Assembly (NCBI RefSeq): GCF_009914755.1
Contig: NC_060939.1
From: the human T2T-CHM13v2.0 reference genome, Homo sapiens
Length of the DNA stretch: 64,000 nt
Strand: one strand, 5' to 3'
Part shown: positions 13,651 through 26,900 of the stretch, one piece after another
Position numbering within the stretch: position 1 is the stretch's first letter
Layout of the letters: each line of letters starts with the position of its first letter
The notes under the pieces: model-generated
Databases searched by the model: none
What the model was told of the DNA's origin: nothing
The model's input: only the letters and a program-made list of their open reading frames with translations
Translations under genes and position numbers: made by a program

Positions 13651-16600
13651 AGTGTTTATAAGTCATATCAAGCTTTTAGAGATGAAAAGCCCCAAGAGTA
13701 AAATAGTTCATTAACCTTTTCCTTTGGCTAGATTCCCTTCAGTCAGTTACCAAATTCTTTCAAATTCTCCTTTCTCATACCCTTGGCATCTGTTTCTTCT
13801 CCCCAGCTGCACAGCCAGCATCCTAGCCTAGGCCCCTTGTTGACCCTCACCTGAACAATGCTGCTTAATGAGTCCCTAGCTGCAGTCTGGATTACCTGCC
13901 CAAATTAGGCATGCTTTCATCACCTCCTCCCATCAGCCATGTCTTTTGTGTAGTAAATCTAGGCCCTAAACTGCAACTTCACATAGTCTACTTATTGAGT
14001 ACCGACAGCATGCCACTGGACTGGTCCCACAGGGAATAGGACCAGGCCCTTATCAGGCCATGGCACTCATCTCCCACCACCCCCAGCCCAACCTCTGTTC
14101 CAGCATGATGGGCAGAACTCAGGCCTTTTTCCGTGCTGTTCTTATTCCTATATCTGCTTTTGCTTTTGTTGGTCTCTTTATGTGAAATATCTTTCCCGTC
14201 CTTCTGAACACGTGGTAACCCTTTGAGCCTAGATGACTCCAAAGACTAGGACTCTCCATCTGTGCTGCAGAACGGGGCGGCCTTGGCATGTCTGGTCTTT
14301 TGTGGACTTCCCAGGGATCTGGGTGGCTTCCAAGGCCCTGGATGGCCCAAATTCTCTTCCCTTAACTGGTCTAGGTACCCCAGGGCCTCACCTAAGTTTG
14401 AGCTCTGAGCTGGAGGACTGGATGCCAACCTGGTGATGATTCTTGCCTCTCTCCTCAGGGCGGTATTAGGTCCAGCAGGGGTCACGAAACAAAATGCCAC
14501 CTCAAGAAGGGAGTCTTTTCCCACAAACGAACTTAGAACCATATTCCCTGGGGAGCCCTTGAAATCAGCGTGAGAACTGACTGAGGGAGTGAGTCCTGGC
14601 TTTGAGTCCCATAATTGTTATAATACAGAAATTACTCATGACTTTCCATAATCAAGTTTTAGTTATAACAGTGTACTTAAGCTGGGCTCTGGGGTGAGCA
14701 GTGCCCACTAGCAATCTCTGCCTACTTCTTTGCTTTCCAGGATCAGGCTCCTGTGAATGGAGGAAAGAAGCTAAAGCCTTAGGGAAGAAAAAGAGATCCT
14801 ATGCCAAAGCCATCAGGGAATGCAGGGGGACCCTCAGGTCAGCAGCAAACTGGCATTTGGGCGTTTGGGCAAATTAAAATTTCCAATGTGCAACTACCCA
14901 TTTGAATCATTTCCTTAATTTTTTTTTTTTTGCATTTTATCATCAAGACTATCTGGAAATAAAAGATTATGGTTATCTTATCTAAATTAAAGGGATTGTT
15001 TAAAACAAAGGTATTATATCTATTTAATTATTTAACTTCTTCCTTCCACATCCTACCTGCTCCCAGCCCAGCATTTCTAACCACTAGCACTGAAACTCTG
15101 GTTTCAGTGAAGTAATAAGCAGATAGAGTTACCATGGTCAATGGCCACTGATGATTTCCATAAAAAGTGGAATGCGTTGCTCATGTCCCCTTTCTGGTGG
15201 TGCGGATTGTGATGTGGATCATAATCACATTGGATGGGGGTGGGGTCACTGGGGCACAGCTGGAAGCCTTGCACTTGCCACAAGCTGAGTGGCTGTGGTA
15301 TGGGGTCCTAGTGTGATGGTCACCAAATGACCCGGCCTCTCTCAGACTGCAATTTCCAGCTTTGAAAGGAATTCTGTGAGGACTCAGTGAAAGGAATAAT
15401 GACTTTAGCGATCCAGCTTCAAGCACATGCAAAAGCTTGCCATGGGGCTGGGAGATACAATCTAGGCTCCTGTTCTCCCAGCACAAGGAGGAATCACAGC
15501 TCAGTATGAAAGGGCGATTGTGAGAGGTGAATAATCTGTGCTTTCTGTCTTTGGACCTCTCTGCCCTCTCCCCAGATAATCCTCAAATATTTCTTATCCT
15601 AGGATGCCTGCATCCTAATCCCTGAGATTAGCTCTTAGCAGCTGAAGACAGGCTCACCAACCTTCTCAGAATAGTCCTGCCTTTAATTTCCCCAAGAGAA
15701 GCCCATTCTCAGCTCAATGCGTTGCTTCCCGTCATGCTGGTCCACTGCCAGCCTGGGTATACTTGAGCCATTCAGCTTGCAGTTCCTGGCAACCTGCTCT
15801 GGGGCAGGCATCAGTGATATAAACGTAAGACCTAATCTGCATGCTCAAAGAGGAATTAATGGAATTACTGCTCATAGAACATAACTTGTTCTTCAGTAGC
15901 AATCACTGAAACCTTCAAATCCTGCAAGGCTCAGAGGAATAAATCTGAGGTAGTGCTTATTGGGGCAAAACATACTGGGACAGAAATCTGGACTCGGCAC
16001 CCTTTGAATCACTCAACTGGCCTCTCTATGCCCTTTATTCTCATGATCCCGTCTGTGAGCACCAATTTCAAGCCTTGCCCAAGAGGGAAGATGTCATACT
16101 TGGCTCCCAGACAATCCATCCAACTTATAACTGAAACTGACAAAAAAATTATTGAGATTGTACTTGGTAACTTGTTCCCTGGGAGGGAAGTTCTCTGTCC
16201 CTTTAGCATTGTGATGGGGTCATCCTGGGAAGAGGGTGGTGGTTTACACAGGGTGTGACTTCTGTCTGTATAAATGGGCCTTACTTTTGAACGTTGGTAA
16301 CAGCATACTCTGGCTTAGTTATTATTTTTGGTACTAAAGACTGGGGAAGTATGTGAATTCTTTTGTAGACATTAAGCCTTGAGGCCTGTTTGGAACTGAG
16401 ATGTGGGGAGAAGTAGAATTTGTGAGTTGCAACAATTTGATGCTGAAAGTTATAGCAGTGCTTAGTGCTTAGAGGTTTCCACTTCTGGTACAATTTGGAA
16501 GCCTTTGGGTATTACATAATGTCCTGGGGAATAGGGAGTTGGCCTTAATTGTCACCTAGTTCAGTGGTTCCAAGATACTGGCTGAGGACCAGAACCTATG

Positions 16601-16896
16601 TGTGTCAAAGATTTCATCAATCTGAGCAAAATGGAAAACAGAGGACTGTGAAATGTCAAGTTACTAATAGTACTATCATGGACTTTTCTTTATTTGGAGA
16701 TTATATCATTTCTTAGTCTTTGTTGTTAAAAGCTCATTTCATGAATGTAATGGTGTTAGTTTTAATTTTAAAAACTATTCTTGCATTGCAAAATTAATTA
16801 TCAACCTTATTTTGGTGCTTCCAACATTTAAAAAAAATCACTGTGTTCAGAAATCTTAAAGTCTGAGAACTACTGACTGTGACTACCTATGAATGA

Positions 16897-17211
16897 ATTT
16901 TTTGTGTTTGTTTTTAAGAGACATGATTTTGTTCTATCCCCCAGGCTGAATGCAGTGGTATAATGACAGCTAACAGTAACCTCAAACTCCTGGGCTTAAG
17001 TAATCCTCCTACCTCAGTCTCCCAAGTAGCTGGGACTACAGGCATGTACCACCATGCCTGACCAATTTTTATTTTATTTTATTTTTGTAGAGACAGGGTC
17101 TCGCTTTGTTGCCCAGAATCAGGCTAGTCTTAAACTCCTGGCTTCAAGCTATCTTCCTTCCTCCACCTCCCAAAGTGCTGGGATTACAGATGTGAGCCAC
17201 TGTGCCTGGCC
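16897..17211 (-). mobile_element. AluJ-like SINE
   Basis: Diverged dimeric Alu with CTCAAACTCCTGGGCTTAAG. Confidence 0.9.
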
Positions 17212-17450
17212 CCATGAAATACTTTGAGTCCTAGGGTATTTTCCCCCCAATATTCATTTGAGTTAGTGCAATCATTTTTTAAAAAGCATATGTGAAAATA
17301 TTTCCAAAGGTGAATCCAAGTAAAGAAGCGTTTCTTAAGAGTGGGGACATCCCTTGTTACAACAAAACCACTACTTATTTTTGTTAGTAAATTCATCTTC
17401 AGTTTAACCAGCTTGAGGAAATATGCCTGTATACTCTAGATAGTCCAGGC

Positions 17451-17798
17451 CACTGGTTCTCAAACTTGCCTGTCCATCAGAATTGCCTGGAGGGCTTATT
17501 AAACACAAGCTGTGGGACCCCACCCCCAGTTTCTGAATCTGTAGGTCTGGGATGGGACAGGGCCTGAAAATTTGCACTTCAGACAAGTTCCAAGTGATGC
17601 TGAGGCTGCTGGATGGGACCACACTTTAAGAACCAATGGAGTAGGTCACTGATTATCAGCCTTGGCTGCACAGTGGATTCACTTGAGGAGTTAAAAAAAA
17701 TACTGATGCCTGGATCCTATCCCCAGATATTTGAACACCAGGATTCTTAAAAGGGCCCCAAGTGATTATAGTAAGTAGCAAAGTTTGAGAACCACTGG
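17451..17798. mobile_element. Two adjacent MER5-family hAT MITEs
   Basis: TIR pairs CACTGGTTCTCAAA...TTTAAGAACCAATG (17451-17638) and ...TTTGAGAACCACTG (to ~17797). Confidence 0.8.
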
Positions 17799-17804
17799 AC
17801 CATA

Positions 17805-18100
17805 GTGACTTCAGCACAAAAGTTTATTTCTCATGCCAGTGTAGTATGGGGGAGAGAAGGGAGAGAGACTTGGTCCATACAATCACCCAAGTACCCAGGC
17901 TGGTGGAGTTGATGCCATCTGGAATTCATCTTTGTGCCTGCAGCAAGGAAAAAGATAGCCTGCTGGTTCTTCAATGATTCCACCCAAAAGTGACTCGGAA
18001 GTGTTCTGTGTCACAGCTAATTGGTCAGAAACAGTCATGTGCCCTAGCTGCAAGGTAACTGGGAATTTAAAGAAGCACATGGCATTTGGGATCAGTAAAT
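17805..18100 (-). mobile_element. Old MLT1-type MaLR LTR fragment
   Basis: AAAGTTTATTTCTCA...CCCAGGCTGGTGGAG...ATTGGTCAGAAACAGTCATGTG. Confidence 0.45.
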
Positions 18101-18151
18101 TTCTCTGCCTCAGTGACACTTCCCTGATACAGTGTAATCTTCTATGGGCCT

Positions 18152-18586
18152 TGTCTTAGACTACTTTATGTTGCTATAAGGCTGGGTAATTTATAAAGGC
18201 TGGGTAATTTATAAAGAAAAGGGGTTTATTTGGCTTACGGCTCTGCAGGATGTACAAGAAGCCTGGCACCAGCATCTGCTTCTGGTGAGGGTCTCAGGCT
18301 GCTTCTACTCATGGAAGAAGATGCAGGAGAGCCAGTGTGTGCAGAGATCACATGACGAGAGGGGGAATAAGAGAACGGGGGAAGATACCAGGTTCTTTTT
18401 AACAACCAGCTCTTGAGGGAGCTAATGGAGTGAGAACTCACTCGTTCCCCTCTTCCAGGGAGGGCATTAATCTATTCATGGGGGAATTCACCCCTGACCC
18501 AAACATCTCCCATTAGGCGCCACCTTCAACACTGGGAATCAAAAGTGAACGTAAGATTTGGAGGGATAGACATCCAAACTATAGCA
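18152..18586 (-). mobile_element. MST (MSTB-like) MaLR solo LTR
   Basis: TG...CA ends; GGCTGGGTAATTTATAAAGAAAA (tandemly duplicated), CAGCATCTGCTTCTGGTGAGG, ACATCCAAACTATAGCA. Confidence 0.85.
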
Positions 18587-18804
18587 GGCCTGATCAGATG
18601 CCCTTCTAAAAGATAGCTTCTCAACTGATGCTTTTACAGTGACCTTTTTCTGTCATAAGAATGCCTACCCACTGTAGACAACTTTTAAAAATTAAAAAAA
18701 AAACTAAAAAAAAAGAAATCTCTATAACATGCTACTACTGGGAGATTACCACTCTAAATTTCAGGCATATGTCCTTCCAATAATTTCTTTCTATATATAT
18801 ATTC

Positions 18805-19111
<307 letters not shown>

Positions 19112-19166
19112 CTCTATACATATTCTTTAACATGGTTAATTGCTTAGAATTTTTTTTGTAACCTCC

Positions 19167-19461
<295 letters not shown>

Positions 19462-21522
19462 TAACCTGCTTTTTTTTTTTGCGTAGCATTTTACCATTTT
19501 GTTAAAATTAATTGAATTTAAGTGTTATTAAAATACTATTTTAATTCTATTGCATGGGTATACTACAATATAATTGGTCATTTCTTCCTCGTTAGAAATT
19601 TTGGTGGTTGTTTTGTCAATAGCTTACTATTGTAAGTAGTATTTGCATGAACATCTTTATGAACAAATTCCCCCCATATTTCTGATCATTTACTTGGATA
19701 CATGAACAGGCTTATTTTAAGTTACCTATTATTGTACAGCAACTGTTTCTGTACTTAGTAACACATATTTAATAAGTATTAATACTGTGCAAGGCATTGA
19801 TGGAGAAATGATTGAGCTTGATCCTTGCCTTCTCTAGTAGCTCAGCTTCTAGCTGGGGAATAAGATAGAAACACAAATAGCCCTAATCCCAAGGAGAAAG
19901 AGACCTAATGTTTCTTCAAGTGATTTTCCCAAAACCATCCTGTCTATGGTACACAAACTCCTGGAACAATGAGTCAGTGCTCTCTGGCAGTCAATGGCTA
20001 AGAGCTCTAGTTGGGGCTCAACTCTACCTCCCTGCATGACCTTGAACAAGCTTCCCTCTCTAGGCCTCAGTTTCCTTGTCTTTAAATGAGGGCATTAGAC
20101 TAGGTCATTTGTAGTGGGGCCATTCTGTGCCCCCTAAATAGTTGAAGGGTATGAATCAGCATGACTGTGTACTTTCCTTTTTTAGGTGTCTAATTATTTC
20201 TAGCAATCTGGGACGGGCTCTTTAGGGACTTGTTGGAAGGCAGTGGGGTGGCCCAGGGTCCATTTCTGCCATGGGACTCTAGGATGACATCTTTGTGCAA
20301 ACCAAATTAGTAATGAAAGAGCAGGGTCTGGGCTTATAGGCAAGGAGGAGCTGAGAGAAAGCTCTTAAGAGAAGGAGTTTAAAATGAGGGGCAGTTTTTT
20401 GGCATTGGAAGTAAATATTAATGCTAACAATAATCACCAGCTATGCTTGAGGTACCTCCAAACCCATTCCATACAATATTTCATTTGGTAAGTGTTTTTA
20501 ACCCCATTTTAAAAATGGTGCCCTTGAAGCTCAAAGAGGAGACATGAACTGCTTTGTGGGTGTTGCCGCAGGGAAAGTCAGCTCATCGCCAGAATTGCAA
20601 AGAAAAGCAAAAAAAGTGAATTCTTTTTAAAAAAAATTTAGTTACTTTCTTTCTCTTTTTTCCTTTTTAAATTTATTTAAAATTTTTCCCTTTATTTTTA
20701 TTTTTTGACTTTTTTATTATTTTATTTTTATACTATATTTTACGTGGTACGATCCCTACTGAAAAAAAAAGCAAATTCTCATTTTTTGAGTCTAAAGTCT
20801 GGGGTCAAAGTCTAATGAGGGGATTTTATGGGATTTCTTTGGAGGATAATTGTAATAACAAGCACTTTAATCTTAGATGCTGTGTTTAAAAAGGAATAGC
20901 CCTCCCTCCCCATCTTTCCCAAGACTCCAGTGCATTTTTCCCTCTGCCACAAACTTGCATCTGTTTCCCCTTACAGTTTTCTGTTTTCATTAGGATGCTT
21001 TAGGATGAACCAGATAAGGCCTTACCTCACATAACAGTTGATCAAAGCTGGTAGTTTGGAGCCTCAAGTGCATTTTGCCTGTGGAAAACGTACTAGAACT
21101 GCTGCTTAGAATCCTCAGGCAACCCGCACATCTTCGTGCACCAAAATGTGGCTCGGCTGTAGCACAGAAGCTCTTCTCCGTGTTGGCAGCAAAAGACGGT
21201 GGAAATGGAAATGGCCAGTTTGCAGAGAGAAACAGTGACTCTAGCCAGGCCCCTGAGTTGGGAAATGGGAGAATTTGTCTTCAGCATCATCTTCCTTGTA
21301 ATTTCGTATCCTTTGCCCCAGGCTTTCCTAATAATAACTGACACCTACATGATACTTTCTATGTTCTAGGTGCATTTCCAAGCACTTAGAATTGTTCCTT
21401 TGTATCTGTGGGGGATTGATTCCAGGACCCCCTTGGATACTAACATCCCTGGATGCTCAACTCCCTGATGTAAAATGGTGTTGTATTTGCATATAATCTG
21501 TGCACATCCTCCTGTATACTTT

Positions 21523-21910
21523 ATTATTATCATTTTGAGATGGAGTCTTATTCCATCACCCAAGCTGGAGTGTAGTGGCACGATCATGGCTCACTGTAGT
21601 CTCGACCTCTAGGGTCTCAGGTGATCCTCCCACTTCATCCTTCTGAGTAGCTGGAACTACAGGTGCAGGCTACCACATGGGGCTAATTTTTATATATTGC
21701 AGATTAATTTTGCAGATTGATAATTTACCACCAGCATGTGAATGACTCATACATATAGTCTTCATCTTCACAGATTAGCTTCTATTTTTTTTGTAGAGAT
21801 GGGTTTCACCATGTTGCCCAGGCTGGTCTTGAACTTGTGGGCTCAAGCCTTCTGCCTGCCTTGGACTACAGAAGTGCTGGGATTATAGGCGTGAGCCACT
21901 GCACCCAGCC
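21523..21910 (-). mobile_element. AluJ-like SINE with ~90-bp foreign insert in the linker
   Basis: TSD CTGTATACTTTA; both arms present. Confidence 0.88.
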
Positions 21911-22064
21911 CTGTATACTTTAAATCATATCTAGATTACTTATAATACCTACTACAATGTAGATGTTATGTAAATAATTGTTATACCGTGTTGTTTAGGG
22001 AATAATGACAATATAAAAAAGTCTCTACTTGTTCAGTTCAGACATCAGACATCATTTTTTCTTT

Positions 22065-22478
<414 letters not shown>

Positions 22479-22502
22479 TAACTCATTTAATCCTCATGAT
22501 AA

Positions 22503-22802
<300 letters not shown>

Positions 22803-24494
22803 AACGTAAGGAAGCAAAAAATGTGAGGGAGTTTTTACGCATGGAGGGTTAATAAACTCAAGATGGCAGGGGTTCACAAAAGCCCATAGAACATACTGTC
22901 TATTTATTGGGCTCTTGCTATGTACTACACACTTTACATACATCCTCATTTCATACAGTACCTTGATGAAATATGCACATTTAAGAATCAGAGTCTAACA
23001 GACCTTAGGCAAGTTGTCCGAGGTCGTACAGCGGATGGGTGGCAGAGCCAGAATTTGGACCCAGGACTCTTTTGACTCCAGCATTTGCAATCTCAAATAG
23101 TGTTTCATCGGCCTTTTTATGGCTTGTGGATGACTATTGTTGTGAGGAGGATCAACGGTGCAGGGTCAGAAATGCAGTTTTGACTCCTATTGTTGGCAGT
23201 CAAATTACTGCTTGCTTCTGCTAATTTGCTTCCTGTCCTGCTTAGGCTGCAACCAGGGCAGAGTTTCGTTCGCTCCCTGGGCAGCTGTCCTGCCAGCATT
23301 ACCTCATTCCATCTTGAACCCTCCCGCAGCCCAACAGGGAAGGGCTGAGAAGCACGTGGCCCAGGACAGAAGGCCAGGAACGAACTGCCTCACCAGGGAC
23401 TCTAGCCTTGATTCTCTGAAAAAATGTGGTTTGCTCAGAGAAGCTTTTACCCAAGAGGAAGGAAAACTACGGCAATCGAGTTTCAGCTGACCTTAAAACC
23501 CCTGTGATCTTAGTCCCCGTCATTTAGTGAATTCTGCATATTACTCAGCTTCTCCATTGTGTAGCTGGAGGAAATATTCATGCTGTGTCATCTTTGGTAG
23601 TCAGTGGGCAGTTTTCTCCCTGCCGAGTTTACTTTTTTTGCATTTTGAAGTTCAAGATCAGGTTGGGTGTTTGAGTGATCTACGTCTGGGAGCCAGAGGA
23701 GGTTTTGTATTCAATGGTGACCAGCATGTGTTCCCAGCCTAAGCATGAATGAAAACAGTTCAGAACATTTTTTTCCTCTCCAGCTCCTTTCAAGGGGCAC
23801 GTGCCCATAAGGCCAACCCTGAATGATTTGGGCAAGTAAGTATGGACAGCCAAACTCAGAGGAGAGAGGAATTGGATGAGGCTAATGTCAAGGTCTTATC
23901 GGGAAGGCTAAAGAAACCTGAGTTGGTCCTGGGAAGAATGAGCAAGATGGAGTGGGCTTGGGCTTTCTCTCCTGCTTGGGGTTGCAGGCAGAAGCCACAA
24001 GAGTGTGCTGACAATGAGGGAGGAGGGGACCATCTGGCTGGAGAATTGGCTCATTAGGGAGCACAGACTGGACGAAGTTGGAAGGGACGTGTGGCCTGAT
24101 TTTTAAAAGGGCGGCCTGAGTGCCATGCAGAGAAGCTGCATTTTATCGCGGACTTGATGATGGTGGACTGGAAGTTTAAAAGGAGGATTATGATGAAAGC
24201 AGAGATCCAGAGCAAACACTTTAAAGGAGCTGGATGGGACAGACAGGAAGCAGGGAGCCCAGAGAGGCCATGATTTCATTCATAACAGGTCTGAGGGGTT
24301 GAGGCCCTGACTGGGGAAGTTAAGCAGGATGGGAGGAGACAAACGCCAGCCACACAGAAGAAAGATCCTACGAAGCCAGACTGTGGTGGAGGCAGGGGGA
24401 AGGAGGGGTTGGACACCTCCGAGGTGCTGCTGCGAAATCACTAACAGAAAAGAGGCTTTGATTTAGAGGTGAATGGTAAACTTTTCCTTTTTCT

Positions 24495-25010
24495 AAGTAA
24501 ACTTTTAATTCAAGCGTAACATATATACAAGTGCACAAATCATGGGTATAAATGTCGATGAATCTTCGCACAGTGGACACACTTGTGAAACCAGCAGCTA
24601 GATCAGGAAACAACACAACCATCACTGCAGACCCGCTTTCCCTGTGTCCCCTTCCTTTTCCTCATGCCTTCTGCCAAGGATGCCGCCACCCTGACTTCTA
24701 AATACCTTGTTTTTCATTCAGTATGTTGTGAAATTCATCCATGTTGTTGCATACACTTGCAGTTCATCCTTTCCCAATATTGCACAGTATTTCACTACGT
24801 AAATGTAATACAACTCTTTTATCTCGTCTGTTGTTGGGAGACATTTGAGTTGTTCCCAGGTCAGCGCTGTTAGGAACAGGGCTTCTGTGAGCACAGTTGT
24901 GAACGTGTGCTCCTAGCCTACATGAACGTATGTCTCTTGGTTGTGTACCAAGGAGTAGGCTTTCTGGGTCGTAGGGCAGGCACATATTCAGTTTGCATAG
25001 ACATTGTCAA
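24495..25010 (-). mobile_element. Old L1M (L1ME/MC-like) 3' fragment
   Basis: GTGCACAAATC...ATTCATCCATGTTGTTGCA...GACATTTGAGTTGTTCCCAG pattern. Confidence 0.65.
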
Positions 25011-25025
25011 ACACACACATGGGAT

Positions 25026-25324
25026 TTTGTTTTGTTTTGTTTTTGAGACAGAGTCTCAGTCTGTTGCCCAGGCTGGAGAGCAGTGGACCCATCTTGGCCC
25101 ACTGCAACCTCTGCCTCCTGGGTTCAAGTAATTCTTATGCTTCAGCCTCCCAAAAAGCTGGGATTATAGGTGTGTGCCGCCACACCCGGCTATTTTTTGT
25201 ATTTTTAGTAGAGATGAGGTTTTACCATATTGGCCAGGCTGGTCTCAATCCTGGCCTCAAGTGATCCGCCTGCCTCAGCCTCCCAAAGTGCTGGGATTAC
25301 AGGCATGAACCACCACGCCTGGCC
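25026..25324 (-). mobile_element. AluS-like SINE
   Basis: TSD CAC(A/G)TGGGATTT. Confidence 0.92.
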
Positions 25325-26221
25325 TGCACGTGGGATTTGATAATTGAATTTTAAGTAGCAGGTGTGGAACAAGTTGGTGAGTGGGATTAGGGCTGCAGCT
25401 CTTGATAGGTGAAAGACGAGTTCAAATTTTGTATCATGAAAGAAAGTTGAAGGAACATCTTACTTGCTTTTGAGACATAGCTCAAAGTCACTTTAGTCCT
25501 TGAGCAGTGTACTGGAGCTGTGTGAGAGGGGACCACACCCCATCCCAGCAAAGAACTGCCAACAGTCATGTTAGGTTTCCTAGACTCTCGGCTAGGAGGA
25601 TCCCTAGGCCAAGTTTCTTTGTCTCTTCCCCTTAATGGAATATGTGGAAAGTATATATATTTTTTAGTTTTGTTTTTTTGTTGAAGTGTTGGGCTTTCTC
25701 TTGGGTTTATGACATGTGCTCCATTGTACTAATCCATTTCTCACAGTTCCATCTCTCATAGCAATTCATGTAATTGCTGCAATTTTAACATTTTGGAACG
25801 TATGTAGTGGGGGAGGGGTGCAAGAAGATCTGGCAGTTTCTGCTACAGCTAGCTAATGGCTAATGGGGGTGCCCCATAGATCTTTGTGGCAAAACAAAGA
25901 GTTAGACAGTGCAAAACAAGCTCTGGAAGGAACAGGGTCTGGCAGGAGAGATCTTCTTTCTCCAGGGAAGCTTTTGCCTGCAGACCAGAAAAGGAGTTTT
26001 CCGACTCCTTTGCATCTTAAAAAAAAAATTCTGTCTTCTGTACAACTAAATACTTATGTAGCCCAGATGTTAGCTTGAGGCCTCCCTACCCCACAAGAAC
26101 TTTGCAAAATTAGCTCAAACCTCTACCAATTCTACGGTCCACAAAAGTTGAAATTCTTCCCCAAGATTTCTCCTAATTTTCAGAGAACTTATGCTCAGGG
26201 CCATGTGGTCCTTTAAGTTTT

Positions 26222-26768
26222 GTTACCCAAAGCGGGTCCAGAGACCAGCAGTGCTGCTATCGCCTGGGAGCTTGTTAGAAATGTAGACTCTCAGTTTCAA
26301 CCCTGGAGTCTGAATCTACTGTTAGGTTATGAATGTGTCCCTTAAAGTTCACATGTTGGAAACTTATCCCTAAAGCAACAATGTGGAGAGGTGAGACCTT
26401 TAGGAGGTAATTAGGTCATGAGAGCTCTGCCCTCATGAATAGATTAATGCTGTTATAGCAAGAGTTACAAAGAATACATTATAAAGAAGGAGTTTGGCCC
26501 CTCATCCTCCACCTCTCTTTCCCCATGTAATACCTTCTGTCATGTTATGACAAAGTAAGGAGGCCCTCACCAAATGCCAGCCCCTTGATCTAGGACTTCT
26601 CAGCCTCCATAATCATGAGCCAATAAATTCCTGTTTGTTATAAATTACCCAATCTGTGATTTTCTGTTATAGCAGCACAAAACAGAGACACTTCCTGAAT
26701 CAGAACCTGCATTTTCCCAAGGCCCCCAAGTGACTTGTGTGCATGGCATAATTTCAGAAGCACAGCTG
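26222..26768. mobile_element. MER5-type MITE interrupted by a MaLR LTR
   Basis: MER5 halves at ~26222-26319 and ~26691-26768. Confidence 0.65.
26320..26690 (+). mobile_element. MSTC/MSTD/MLT1A-like MaLR solo LTR
   Basis: TG...CA; GGAGGTAATTAGGTCATGAG, CCAATAAATTCCTGTTTGTTATAAATTACCCA. Confidence 0.82.
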
Positions 26769-26784
26769 TAGGGGAACAGAAGAA

Positions 26785-26900
26785 GCTCTAGCATCTAACA
26801 GATCTGGGTTCAAATCCTAGCTCTGGCATTTAGTAGCTGGTGACCTTGAGCACATCACTTTCCCTCACTGAGGCTTGGTTTCCTCCTCTGTGAAATGATG
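26785..26900 (+). mobile_element. MIR SINE
   Basis: CTGGGTTCAAATCCTAGCTCTGGCATTTAGTAGCTGGTGACCTTGAGCA. Confidence 0.75.

Noticed and set aside
14440-14745. Polypyrimidine-CAG acceptor motifs (ending 14458 and 14740; another at 60079) as exons of a downstream transcript
   Set aside because: Such motifs are common; no convincing matching donor or coding frame could be tied to them without transcript data
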